Source: an uncultured Flavobacterium sp. | Lineage (GTDB): Bacteria > Bacteroidota > Bacteroidia > Flavobacteriales > Flavobacteriaceae | NCBI GenBank assembly: GCA_937876455.1 | Contig: CALFIG010000254.1 | Coordinates: forward strand, 351-64,350 | DNA length: 64,000 nucleotides | Direction of reading: 5' to 3' | In this document: piece after piece, positions 1-9,569 of the stretch | How the letters are laid out: each line of letters starts with the position of its first letter | How positions within the stretch are numbered: position 1 is the stretch's first letter | Made by a program: the position numbers and the translations under genes | Notes under the pieces: model-generated | The model's database searches: none | Told to the model about the DNA's origin: nothing | What the model saw: the letters and a program-made list of their open reading frames with translations, nothing else

Positions 1-551
1 TCAATAATACAACCCAATAAATAATAATTAGAATTACTATATTCAAATTTGCTTCCCGGTTCAAATAAAGGTTCATAAGAAGCAATACGCGCTAGCATAT
101 CTTTTTTGGTATTTACTTCAAATACTTTTTTTACCATAGTAGAATCTGCATTGATATAATCGAGAATCCCCGTGCGTTGGTATAGTAAATCAGAAATCGT
201 AATTTTTTCTGCGTTTTTAATTTTTGGATAAAAACGATTCAGCTTAGTTTGTAGAGAAAGTTTTTTTTCTTCTATTAATTGTAAGACAATAACCGCGGTA
301 AATGTTTTTGTAACAGAACCAATTTTGTATTTTGTTAAACGAGAGGCTTCTCTATTTTTTGCTACATCTGCAAAACCATACCCTTTATTGAAGAACACAT
401 TATCGCCTTCTCTTATGGTTAAGGCACCCATAAATTTATTATTTTTATTCAAATAGGTAAGTAAGCTATCAATTTTTGCATATCGTGCGTCTTGTTGTCC
501 AATAGCAAGTGAAGAAAGGAATAAGAGTAAAGCACCAATGAAATTTTTCAT
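1..551 (-). CDS. Serine hydrolase, beta-lactamase/PBP-like family (AmpC-type), 3' end runs off the window
   Basis: Not in the ORF track. Hand translation of the minus strand from ATG at 551 gives MKNFIGALLLFLSSLAIGQQDARYAKIDSLL...KYKIGSVTKTFTAVIVLQLIEEKKL: a signal peptide plus the SxxK motif (SVTK). Confidence 0.8.
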   Translation of the reverse strand, partial: MKNFIGALLLFLSSLAIGQQDARYAKIDSLLTYLNKNNKFMGALTIREGDNVFFNKGYGFADVAKNREASRLTKYKIGSVTKTFTAVIVLQLIEEKKLSLQTKLNRFYPKIKNAEKITISDLLYQRTGILDYINADSTMVKKVFEVNTKKDMLARIASYEPLFEPGSKFEYSNSNYYLLGCII

Positions 552-569
552 TCTCTAGTATATAAAAAA

Positions 570-1304
570 TTAATAGTCGTTTTTATCCATAATTTTTTTA
601 TCGTCTTTCCAAGTAATGTACCCTAAAACTGCATTGATAAAGTAAAAACCATATTTAAACACATTAGCCCAATTCATTTGCAATACATTCTGAACAATTT
701 TTGTAATGTTATAAAATTGCCACATGAACCAATTGTCAGGATACATTCTTGCGGTATTAAAAGTACCTCCAAATGTTATTCCTGCAGGAATGGAAATAGC
801 AAAAAATAATTGCCAGTTTATGGGTTTTGAAGAAAGAAAAGTAAACGCAATGTAGTTTAGTATAAAAGAAAGTAAAAATCCTAAAATGATATTTCTGTAA
901 AAAATAAAATCCACAGAACGCAAAACTTGACTTTTTTTCCAAGCTCTAAATACTAAGTAATTACTAATAAAAGAAACGGGGTAAGTTAATATAGCGCCCA
1001 CATTACCTAATAGGTAATCAATAAAACCACTAATAAATGTATTTACTGTGGCAATAAAATTGCCTAAATTATTCTTTTTAGTTACAAGTCTATTTCCAAT
1101 TAATGAAAAACTAACATTTAGTATTGATATAGCGCCTAATGGGAAAAGATAATTAGTGTCATATATTGTAATAGGTACTTCCGTGGTGTGATAACCTAAT
1201 GAAAACGAACCTGCAAGTACTACAATTAGCCCAATGATATCTAAATATTGACTGTTTGTAATTGCTTTGATTTGTTCAATTTTATTTTTTGATAATATTG
1301 ACAT
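570..1304 (-). CDS. PnuC-like (nicotinamide riboside/vitamin) membrane transporter
   Basis: 244-aa polytopic membrane protein with a PnuC-like pattern (GNxxA...Y, C-terminal WxxW...N...Y...N...GY..W). Substrate not determinable. Confidence 0.55.
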   Translation of the reverse strand: MSILSKNKIEQIKAITNSQYLDIIGLIVVLAGSFSLGYHTTEVPITIYDTNYLFPLGAISILNVSFSLIGNRLVTKKNNLGNFIATVNTFISGFIDYLLGNVGAILTYPVSFISNYLVFRAWKKSQVLRSVDFIFYRNIILGFLLSFILNYIAFTFLSSKPINWQLFFAISIPAGITFGGTFNTARMYPDNWFMWQFYNITKIVQNVLQMNWANVFKYGFYFINAVLGYITWKDDKKIMDKNDY

Positions 1305-1326
1305 TATTATGGTTATTTATGGTCGT

Positions 1327-1334
1327 CAAATATA
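1327..1334 (-). promoter_or_regulatory. Bacteroidota -7 promoter element (TATATTTG) for the PnuC-like gene
   Basis: Reverse complement of caaatata matches TAnnTTTG, about 20 nt upstream of the ATG. Confidence 0.5.
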
Positions 1335-1394
1335 TATAAATTATTAAATATATTAGCATTGTTGCATTTTTTTACCCAAAAAGGAAGTTTTTCA

Positions 1395-4253
1395 CTAATG
1401 TGCCTCTAACCAATTTTGTCCCATTCCAATTTCTACTTCAAGCGGCACATTTAATTTAAATGCGTTTTCCATTTCATATTTTATCATTGTTTTTAATTGT
1501 TCTACTTCCGTAATATGTGCGTCAAACACAAGTTCATCATGTACTTGTAATAACATTTTTGATTGCCATTTTTCAGTACTTAATTTTTGATGGATGCGAA
1601 TCATTGCAATTTTAATAATATCTGCCGCACTTCCTTGAATAGGTGCGTTGACTGCATTTCGCTCTGCACCACCTTTTACAATAGCATTAGCCGAATTAAT
1701 ATCTTTTAAATAACGTCTTCTGCCAGAAATAGTTTCTACATAGCCATTTTCTCTAGCAAAATTTACTTGATTAGTCATGTAAGTCTTTAACTTTGGGTAG
1801 GTTTGATAATAGGCCTCAATCAAATCTGCACTTTCTTTACGGGATAAATTAGTTTGATTACTTAAACCAAAAGCGGAAACACCATAAATAATACCAAAAT
1901 TCACTGTTTTTGCATGACTTCTTTGCGCTGTTGTCACGTCTTCTAATGGCACATTAAATACTTTAGCGGCGGTACTTCTGTGAATATCTTCATTGTTTTG
2001 AAATGCTTTTATCATATTTTCTTCGCCTGAAAGCGCTGCAATAATGCGCAATTCAATTTGGGAATAATCGGCAGAAAGCAATACATAATTTTCGTCTCTT
2101 GCAACAAATGCTTTTCTAATCTGTCTTCCTCTTTCTGAACGAATCGGAATGTTTTGCAAATTAGGATTATTAGAACTCAATCGGCCGGTAGCAGCAACAG
2201 CTTGCATATAATCTGTATGCACTCTATTTGTTTTTGGATTAACCTGATTTGGCAAAGCGTCTACATAAGTACTTTTCAGTTTAATTAATTGACGCCATTC
2301 TAAAATATCTTTTACAATTTGGTGTTCGTTAACTAAATAACTTAACACTTCTTCGCCCGTTGCATATTGACCTGTTTTTGTTTTTTTCTGTTTTGTGCCG
2401 CCAATTTTTAATTTGTCAAATAAAATATCTCCAAGCTGTTTTGGCGAGGCCAAATTAAATTTTTCACCCGCTGTTTCGTATATTTTTTGTTCTAAATTTG
2501 AAATTTCAATTTGCATCTCAGTAGATAATGCTTGTAAAAAAGAGACATCGAGTTGAACGCCTTCTTGTTCCATATCTGCCAACACTTGCACTAATGGAAT
2601 TTCAATTTCGTCAAATAATTTTTTTGTCCCCACTTTTTCTAAAATAGGTTGAAAATGTTCCTTTAATTGTAAGGTAACATCTGCATCTTCAGCGGCATAT
2701 TCTTTGATGTCTTCTAGTGACACATCTCGCATTGATTTTTGTCCTTTGCCTTTTTTGCCAATTAATGTCTCTATTGATTTTGGAGAATACTTCAAATAGG
2801 TTTCTGCTAAGACATCCATATTGTGTCGCATGTCTGGATTAATCAAATAATGCGCTATCATCGTGTCAAAAAGAGGACCTTTTACCACGATACCATAGTT
2901 GTGTAACACCTTTAAATCATATTTGATATTTTGTCCAATTTTTTCAATTGATTCACTTTCAAAAAAAGGTTTAAATTTTTGAAGTAAAATCAATGTTTCT
3001 TCTTGATTTTCGGGAAAAGGCACATAATAACCTTTTCCTTTTTCCCAAGAAAAAGACATACCTACTAATGTGGCATTTAGCGCATCTAAACCTGTTGTTT
3101 CTGTGTCAAAACAAACAGATTGTTGTTGCAGTAAATTTTGAACAAATAGTTGAGTAGGCATTTCACCTTGTACAATTTGGTAAAAATGAGCTGTATTTTC
3201 TAAAGTTGCATAGTAGGAATTAGCACTATTTTCATTAGATTCGTCTTCAGAAAAGCCGAACAAATCCATTTGACTTTCATTTGTTTTTTTTGGAGCAACT
3301 TTTTTTATTTTTTCCTCTTCTATATTTGTTGATGTTAGTGCCGAGTTATCAATTTCGTCATATTCTTTCCCCGTACCAAATAATTTATCAAATTGCACTT
3401 TCATTTGACGGAATTCCAATTCTTGAAAAAGAACATCTGTTTTTTCAACATCAGGTTTAGACAATTCATAATCTACTTCGTCAAAGGTTACTGGACAATC
3501 GAGTAATATAGTAGCTAGTTTTTTTGACAAAATACCTTTTTCTTTATTGGCTTCAATTTTTTCTTTAAGCGCTCCTTTTAGTTTGTCTGTATTGGCTAAT
3601 AGATTTTCCATCGAACCAAATTCAGCTAATAATTTTTTTGCAGTTTTTTCACCTACACCTGGTAATCCCGGTATATTATCCACAGCATCACCCATCATGC
3701 CTAAAAAATCAATCACTTGCAGCGGGTGTTCTATCTCAAATTTTGCTTTTACTTCTTCAACACCCCAAATTTCAATATCGTTACCCATTCTTGCAGGGCG
3801 ATACATGAAAATGTTTTCGGACACCAGTTGTCCAAAATCTTTATCGGGCGTTACCATAAAAACTTTGTATCCTTGTTTTTCTGCTTGTTTTGCAAGGGTG
3901 CCAATTAAATCATCAGCTTCAAAACCTGCTTTTTCAATAATGGGAATATGCATTGCTTTAAGCAATTCTTGAATGTAAGGCACTGCAATTTTTATCGCTT
4001 CTGGTGTCTCTTCACGATTTGCTTTATAGTCGGTAAACATTTCTAAACGATAGCTGCTTCCTCCTTTATCAAATGCAACGGCTAAGTGATCTGGTTTTTC
4101 TCTTTTTATGACATCCATTAATGAGTTCATGAACCCCATAATGGCAGAAGTATCCATTCCTTTTGAGTTGATTCTTGGATTTTTTATAAAAGCATAATAG
4201 CCTCTAAAAATTAAGGCATACGCATCGAGTAGAAATAATCTTTTTTGTGACAT
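1395..4253 (-). CDS. polA: DNA polymerase I
   Basis: 5'-3' exonuclease (LFLLDAYALIFR), 3'-5' exonuclease (FDTETTG) and polymerase motifs (DYSQIELR, KTVNFGIIYG, QVHDEL). True start taken as MSQKRLF at 4253, not the 4412 ORF start. Confidence 0.98.
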   Translation of the reverse strand: MSQKRLFLLDAYALIFRGYYAFIKNPRINSKGMDTSAIMGFMNSLMDVIKREKPDHLAVAFDKGGSSYRLEMFTDYKANREETPEAIKIAVPYIQELLKAMHIPIIEKAGFEADDLIGTLAKQAEKQGYKVFMVTPDKDFGQLVSENIFMYRPARMGNDIEIWGVEEVKAKFEIEHPLQVIDFLGMMGDAVDNIPGLPGVGEKTAKKLLAEFGSMENLLANTDKLKGALKEKIEANKEKGILSKKLATILLDCPVTFDEVDYELSKPDVEKTDVLFQELEFRQMKVQFDKLFGTGKEYDEIDNSALTSTNIEEEKIKKVAPKKTNESQMDLFGFSEDESNENSANSYYATLENTAHFYQIVQGEMPTQLFVQNLLQQQSVCFDTETTGLDALNATLVGMSFSWEKGKGYYVPFPENQEETLILLQKFKPFFESESIEKIGQNIKYDLKVLHNYGIVVKGPLFDTMIAHYLINPDMRHNMDVLAETYLKYSPKSIETLIGKKGKGQKSMRDVSLEDIKEYAAEDADVTLQLKEHFQPILEKVGTKKLFDEIEIPLVQVLADMEQEGVQLDVSFLQALSTEMQIEISNLEQKIYETAGEKFNLASPKQLGDILFDKLKIGGTKQKKTKTGQYATGEEVLSYLVNEHQIVKDILEWRQLIKLKSTYVDALPNQVNPKTNRVHTDYMQAVAATGRLSSNNPNLQNIPIRSERGRQIRKAFVARDENYVLLSADYSQIELRIIAALSGEENMIKAFQNNEDIHRSTAAKVFNVPLEDVTTAQRSHAKTVNFGIIYGVSAFGLSNQTNLSRKESADLIEAYYQTYPKLKTYMTNQVNFARENGYVETISGRRRYLKDINSANAIVKGGAERNAVNAPIQGSAADIIKIAMIRIHQKLSTEKWQSKMLLQVHDELVFDAHITEVEQLKTMIKYEMENAFKLNVPLEVEIGMGQNWLEAH

Positions 4254-4374
4254 GTGATTTGAATGTATGAAGATGTAAAAATACAATTCTTTATGTAAAA
4301 AACGGTTGTTAAAATTTAAATAATCTGTGTTGTTTTTGTGAAAGATGTTATTTACTTTGCATAAAATTAAAATT

Positions 4375-5601
4375 ATGCGAGGTATCATTCCCATTATATT
4401 GTTAATCCTCATCGAAATTTATTCTTATCAGGTCGTAAAAACACTGTCTAGAAATAAGTGGGTTATGTTGTTTTATGCCATTATTTCTATTTTATTCATT
4501 TTATATTTACTTTTTGCATTTTCATCATTTGATAGAAGTGTTGGACAAACCAAATTCACTTTGTTTACTATTGGTCTGTTTTTATTGGTTTATATTCCAA
4601 AAATATTGGTTACGTTAATTTTAGTAACAGAAGACGTTTTTAGAGTTTTTGAAGGAGCCGTAAATTATTTTGTTGATGAAAATTCGGGGTCTTTTTTACA
4701 TTCTAGACGAACATTTGTGAGCAAAATAGCTTTAGGAATTGCGGCTATACCTTTTTCTTCCTTGTTGTATGGAATGACTATTGGTAAATATAATTTCAAA
4801 GTAATCAAACAAACCTTATTTTTTGATGATTTGCCAGCAGATTTTGATGGTACAACAATTACTCAGATTTCAGATATTCATAGTGGTAGTTTTGATAATG
4901 CCGAAAAAATAAAGTATGCTATTGATTTAATTAATGCACAACAATCAGATTTGGTTTTGTTTACTGGTGATATAGTAAATACACATGCAAAAGAAATGCA
5001 TCCTTGGATAGCGATTTTCAAGAACATCCATCAGCCTGTTTTAGGAAAGTATTCGGTTTTAGGTAATCATGATTATGGGGAATACATACGATGGAATTCG
5101 CAAGAAGAAAAAGCTAAGAATTTTGAAGAAATTAAAGATTTACATCGTCAAATTGATTTCAAATTGTTAATGAATGAGCATGTAAAAATTAAAAAAGGAA
5201 CGAGTGAATTAGCTTTAGTAGGTGTTGAAAATTGGGGCGTAAAATTTAAAAAAGCGGGAGATTTAAAGAAAGCATCGGCAGGCTTACAACCTTCAGATTT
5301 TAAAATATTAATGAGTCATGATCCTAGTCATTGGGAATATGAAGTAAAAAACGATCTTAATCATTATCACTTGACATTGTCAGGTCATACCCATGGTTTA
5401 CAATTCGGAATTGAGATTCCGGGTATATTTAAGTGGAGTCCGGTTCAATATATTTACAAACAATGGGCAGGATTATATGAAAATACTGGAAAATATATTT
5501 ATGTAAATAGAGGTTTTGGCTTTCATGCTTACCCAGGAAGAGTAGGAATAATGCCAGAAATTACTGTAATTGAGTTAAAAAAATCTAAAAAAACGGTATA
5601 A
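4375..5601 (+). CDS. Membrane-anchored calcineurin-like metallophosphoesterase (YkuE/YaeI-like)
   Basis: Three N-terminal hydrophobic helices, then the motifs DIH, GDIV, GNHD and LSGHTHG. Start placed at the ATG at 4375. Confidence 0.9.
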   Translation: MRGIIPIILLILIEIYSYQVVKTLSRNKWVMLFYAIISILFILYLLFAFSSFDRSVGQTKFTLFTIGLFLLVYIPKILVTLILVTEDVFRVFEGAVNYFVDENSGSFLHSRRTFVSKIALGIAAIPFSSLLYGMTIGKYNFKVIKQTLFFDDLPADFDGTTITQISDIHSGSFDNAEKIKYAIDLINAQQSDLVLFTGDIVNTHAKEMHPWIAIFKNIHQPVLGKYSVLGNHDYGEYIRWNSQEEKAKNFEEIKDLHRQIDFKLLMNEHVKIKKGTSELALVGVENWGVKFKKAGDLKKASAGLQPSDFKILMSHDPSHWEYEVKNDLNHYHLTLSGHTHGLQFGIEIPGIFKWSPVQYIYKQWAGLYENTGKYIYVNRGFGFHAYPGRVGIMPEITVIELKKSKKTV

Positions 5602-5676
5602 ATTAGTAAAAAATATACCTTTGTACTCAAATTATATAAAAATTTATATACATTTGTTCATTAAATACTTCAATTT

Positions 5677-5976
5677 ATGTCAAAATTTGGAGAACTTATC
5701 GATGCTCAAGTACCTGTATTAATTGATTTTTTTACAGAATGGCACGAGCAGTCTATATCAATGAATGAAACAATTCGTCACGTTGCTGCGGCAATGGGAG
5801 ACAAAGCAAGAGTCATTAAAATTGATGTGGACAAGAATAAGGAATTAGCCGAAGCATTAAGAATTAAAGGGTTACCTACTTTTATGATCTATAAAAACGG
5901 TCAAATGGTATGGAGGCAAAGTGGTGAATTTGATGCCAATACTTTAATTACACTTATTCAAGAACAATCTTCTTAA
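5677..5976 (+). CDS. Thioredoxin-fold protein lacking CxxC
   Basis: PVLIDFFTEW...VIKIDVDKN...IKGLPT...G pattern of thioredoxins, but no cysteine anywhere in the protein. Confidence 0.85.
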   Translation: MSKFGELIDAQVPVLIDFFTEWHEQSISMNETIRHVAAAMGDKARVIKIDVDKNKELAEALRIKGLPTFMIYKNGQMVWRQSGEFDANTLITLIQEQSS

Positions 5977-6049
5977 TATAATCGTGTAGATTCAATAAAT
6001 TATGGCTACCACATTGTGTTGTAGTTGAATGTTTTATTGTTTATTTATA

Positions 6050-6083
6050 AAAAAAGAGCTGCTTTATAAAGCAGCTCTTTTTT
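6050..6083. terminator. Bidirectional intrinsic terminator
   Basis: AAAAAAGAGCTGCTTT-a-t-AAAGCAGCTCTTTTTT hairpin between convergent genes, with T-tracts on both strands. Confidence 0.85.
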
Positions 6084-6084
6084 A

Positions 6085-9000
6085 TTATTCATTTTCACGT
6101 TTATAGTTGCCCATCAATTCGTTATAACTATTAAACTTTATGCGCTCTTGATTGTAATATTCAGAATCATTATTTTCTTTAGCTAACATCAACAAAGATC
6201 TGTACAATTCAATTTCTCTGTAAATATCCATTTTATAGAATATTTTTTGTTTTTCGCTTTGCGATTTAAAGAATTTGATTTTTTCTTGACGCTTTTTAAT
6301 CAATTGATTTAGTATATTTCTTGCCTCTGCTGTTTTGCCCATTTTGTAATAGCCTTCAGCAAATGGTTCTACTGTAGTATAGTATTCAAAATAATCAATA
6401 GGCAAATTTTTCATCGCTATATTGATGATGTTTTGCGCTTTGTCAAATTTCTTTTCTTCAATTAATACTTCCATTAATCGAGATAGGTTGCCTCTGTAAG
6501 AAAGTGCATTTTTACGAGTTTCTGGGTCGTGATAAATCTTTGAACTACCCGAATTACCCCATTCCCAACGCATTACATTGTTATACATTTTGTCAGAATC
6601 GATGTAACCTAACTCATAAGGGTTTTCTTCATTAATAGGCGTTTTTATAGGTACCAGTTTATAGACCATGCCATCTAATTGCAGGTATTCTTTCATCCAA
6701 ATATAGTCATCAGCACCAAAACTTCCTGGAGAGAAGTAAATAGGACGTTTCCAGTTATTTTGATTGAAAATGTCTAGCATCATTAATCTGTTTTTATATA
6801 ATGCGCCACCTTTTAATCTCATTTTAATTTCTGGCACAATGTCTTTGTAGTATTTTGAAGAAACAACTTTGTTTTTAATAATTGTGTTCTTGTCAACTTT
6901 TACTTTAATATTGTCACTTGGGTAATAATGTACAAATTGGCCATTATTCATTTCTCTTTTAGATCGATCATCCTTTAAGAAATCTAACATTAAATTTAAA
7001 TCAATAGTATCTTTTGTTTTTTCAATAAATAGTGAATAATTACGTTTGTCTCCTACATAATCACTATGTTCAAAAGAAATAGGTAAAGGTTCAGATGCAT
7101 TTGACTTCATTTTCATTTCATCTATATACCAGTCTGTTGCTAACAAGCTAGTGTTTACTATCCTAACATCTGTTCTATATCCTTCAATTTCTTGTAAATA
7201 CCATAGAGGGAAAGTGTCATTGTCTCCAATTGTAAATAAAATAGCATTTTTATCACAAGAATCGAGATACGCTTTTGCCATAGCTACAGCTGTGTATTTT
7301 CCAGAACGATCATGATCATCCCAATTTTCTGAAGCTAACAAAATTGGGGAAGCAAGAAGTGTTGCGGCTAATACGGCCGGTAGAGCAACTCTTGGCGAAA
7401 TATACTTTAATGCATATTGATAAATGGCATACACGCCTACACCTATCCACATAGCAAATACATAGAATGAGCCTACTAGAGCATAATCTCGTTCTCTTGG
7501 TTCAAAAGGTCTTTCGTTCAAATAAATTTTTAAGGCTAATCCTGTGAATAAGAATAATACGAGCAAAACATAAAACGATTTCCATTCGTGTTTTGCATGA
7601 AAGTACATGCCAATAAGTCCGAGTATAAAAGGCAAGAAGAAGTAAGCGTTTCTTCCTTTGTTGTTTTTCATATCACTTGTGAGTTCACTTTGATTGTCAA
7701 GTAACCAATTATCTACAAAAGGAATACCACTAAGCCAATTTCCCTCTAAACTTTCATAGTTGCCTTGTAAATCGTTTTGTCTTCCTACAAAATTCCACAT
7801 TAAATAACGGAAATACATGTAACCAAATTGATATTCAAACATAAACTGAAGATTATCTGAAATTGTCGGTTTTTCTACAATCAAATAATCACCATACGTT
7901 TTTAAAAACTCTAGATAGCCGTCTAAGTCAACCTTTTTTTCACTATAAGCTTTTCTAAAATCAGATGCAATTTCGGTCATTTGCCCCATTTGTTCTTCAT
8001 TCATTTCTCCTGTTTCTTCATCAACAAAAGCTTCTGGGTCAATTCTAAACTCAAGAGGTTTAGTAAATATCATATAATTTTTAGCATGCTCTTCACTCCA
8101 CATTCTTGGTAAAATGGTGTTGTGTGCTCCGTCATAATTTTGTTTAGCATTCTTAAAATTATTCGTAATAATATATTTACCTGTTTTGGAATCTCTTTCA
8201 TAATTAGGCTTGTCGTCTTGATATGGATTTTCTTTGTCTAATCCAGAAAACATAACCGAATATTGAGAACCATAAAATAGTTTTTGTTCGCCATATTGTT
8301 CTCTGTTGTAGTAGGCTAATACTTCAGCAGCATCACTTGGTTTGTTTTCATTAATATTGATATTCGAATTTGCTCTAATAGGCAGCATAATCCAAGTTGA
8401 AAATCCTATAAGTACAAATAAAGTACAAAGCAATAAGGTGTTGTAGGAAGCGTGTCCTTTTTTCTTAGTATAATTTAAGCCAAAATAGAAAAAACCAATA
8501 ATTAGTAAAAAAGCAAAAATAGTTCCCGAATTAAAAGGTAATCCAATTGTGTTTACCATGAAAATCTCTGTTTTTGCAAAAAAGGCTAATGTATAAGGTA
8601 ATAATAATTTAAAAATGAATAATAGTATTGCAACAATTACAGCGTTTGCAATAATAAAACCCTTTACGGTAATGTTTTTGTATTTTTTAAAGTAGTATAA
8701 CAGCCCAATCGACGGAATAGTTAAAAGAGCCATGAAATGAACCCCAAATGAAAGGCCAATGACTAGTGAAATTAAAATTAACCACTTATTGCCCCGTTCA
8801 TTTTCTATGTTTTCTTCCCATTTTAAGCCTAGCCAAAATAAAATAGCAATGAATAAAGAGGCCATAGCATATACCTCGGCTTCAGAAGCGTTGTACCAAA
8901 AACTATCTGTAAAGGTATAAGAAAGAGCAGCTATTAAGGATGCACCTAAAGTTATTTTACCTATATTATCATTCCATTCTGTTTTATGTGTAGCAATTTT

Positions 9001-9312
9001 TTTGATGATTTTTGTTAATGACCAATACATAAATAAAATAGTAAAGGCACTCGAAAATACAGAAGTCATGTTAACCATCAGTGCAATATGCTCTTTACTA
9101 GCGGCAAACATTGCAAAAAAAGCGCCTATCATTTGAAATAATGGTGCGCCAGGAGGGTGACCTACTTCAAGTTTGGCAGCAGTGGCTATATATTCTCCGC
9201 AATCCCAAAAACTCATTGTAGGTTCTACGGTTAAAGTATAGGTAATTAATGCAACGGCAAATGCTGTCCAACCTAATATTGTATTCCACTTATTGTAATT
9301 AAATGACATCAT
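6085..9312 (-). CDS. DUF2723 / TMEM260-like GT-C-fold membrane glycosyltransferase
   Basis: N-terminal TVEPTMSFWDCGEYIATAAKLEVGHPPGAP signature, many TM helices, and the GDNDTFPLW motif typical of Bacteroidota DUF2723 proteins. Confidence 0.9.
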   Translation of the reverse strand: MMSFNYNKWNTILGWTAFAVALITYTLTVEPTMSFWDCGEYIATAAKLEVGHPPGAPLFQMIGAFFAMFAASKEHIALMVNMTSVFSSAFTILFMYWSLTKIIKKIATHKTEWNDNIGKITLGASLIAALSYTFTDSFWYNASEAEVYAMASLFIAILFWLGLKWEENIENERGNKWLILISLVIGLSFGVHFMALLTIPSIGLLYYFKKYKNITVKGFIIANAVIVAILLFIFKLLLPYTLAFFAKTEIFMVNTIGLPFNSGTIFAFLLIIGFFYFGLNYTKKKGHASYNTLLLCTLFVLIGFSTWIMLPIRANSNININENKPSDAAEVLAYYNREQYGEQKLFYGSQYSVMFSGLDKENPYQDDKPNYERDSKTGKYIITNNFKNAKQNYDGAHNTILPRMWSEEHAKNYMIFTKPLEFRIDPEAFVDEETGEMNEEQMGQMTEIASDFRKAYSEKKVDLDGYLEFLKTYGDYLIVEKPTISDNLQFMFEYQFGYMYFRYLMWNFVGRQNDLQGNYESLEGNWLSGIPFVDNWLLDNQSELTSDMKNNKGRNAYFFLPFILGLIGMYFHAKHEWKSFYVLLVLFLFTGLALKIYLNERPFEPRERDYALVGSFYVFAMWIGVGVYAIYQYALKYISPRVALPAVLAATLLASPILLASENWDDHDRSGKYTAVAMAKAYLDSCDKNAILFTIGDNDTFPLWYLQEIEGYRTDVRIVNTSLLATDWYIDEMKMKSNASEPLPISFEHSDYVGDKRNYSLFIEKTKDTIDLNLMLDFLKDDRSKREMNNGQFVHYYPSDNIKVKVDKNTIIKNKVVSSKYYKDIVPEIKMRLKGGALYKNRLMMLDIFNQNNWKRPIYFSPGSFGADDYIWMKEYLQLDGMVYKLVPIKTPINEENPYELGYIDSDKMYNNVMRWEWGNSGSSKIYHDPETRKNALSYRGNLSRLMEVLIEEKKFDKAQNIINIAMKNLPIDYFEYYTTVEPFAEGYYKMGKTAEARNILNQLIKKRQEKIKFFKSQSEKQKIFYKMDIYREIELYRSLLMLAKENNDSEYYNQERIKFNSYNELMGNYKRENE

Positions 9313-9399
9313 AATAAACTGTGTTTTAACACTACAAAGAAACTATTTATTGTACAGAATACCAATTAATTTTTTCTTAAAAAAATTTTTAAATAAAAA

Positions 9400-9430
9400 T
9401 TTGCAGGAAATAAAATATGTGTTACATTTG
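9400..9430 (+). promoter_or_regulatory. Bacteroidota sigma-A promoter of tRNA-Gln
   Basis: TTTG at 9400-9403, 19-bp spacer, TACATTTG at 9423-9430. Confidence 0.75.
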
Positions 9431-9451
9431 CACTCGCAATTACAAAATAAT

Positions 9452-9522
9452 TGGTCCATGGTGTAATGGTAACACTCCGGTTTTTGGTACCGTCATTCAA
9501 GGTTCGAGTCCTTGTGGACCAA
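9452..9522 (+). tRNA. tRNA-Gln (anticodon TTG), CCA not encoded
   Basis: Acceptor stem TGGTCCA/TGGACCA, D arm GTGT/ACAC, anticodon loop TT-TTG-GT, T arm CAAGG-TTCGAGT-CCTTG. The U1-A72 pair is typical of Gln. Confidence 0.95.
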
Positions 9523-9523
9523 C

Positions 9524-9552
9524 AAAAAATCCCGCTTTTGGCGGGATTTTTT
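9524..9552. terminator. Bidirectional intrinsic terminator (tRNA / usp)
   Basis: AAAAAATCCCGC-ttttg-GCGGGATTTTTT. Confidence 0.85.
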
Positions 9553-9569
9553 AGTTTATAATTTCCAGA

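Noticed and set aside
4254-4412. 52-aa N-terminal extension of PolA in the ORF track
   Set aside because: It overlaps the divergent phosphoesterase gene and promoter region. PolA homology starts at MSQKRLF (4253).
9476-9492. C-U mismatch at the top of the tRNA-Gln anticodon stem and no encoded CCA
   Set aside because: Single stem mismatches and post-transcriptional CCA addition are common. No att-like duplication of the tRNA 3' end was seen, so it is not an integration site here.
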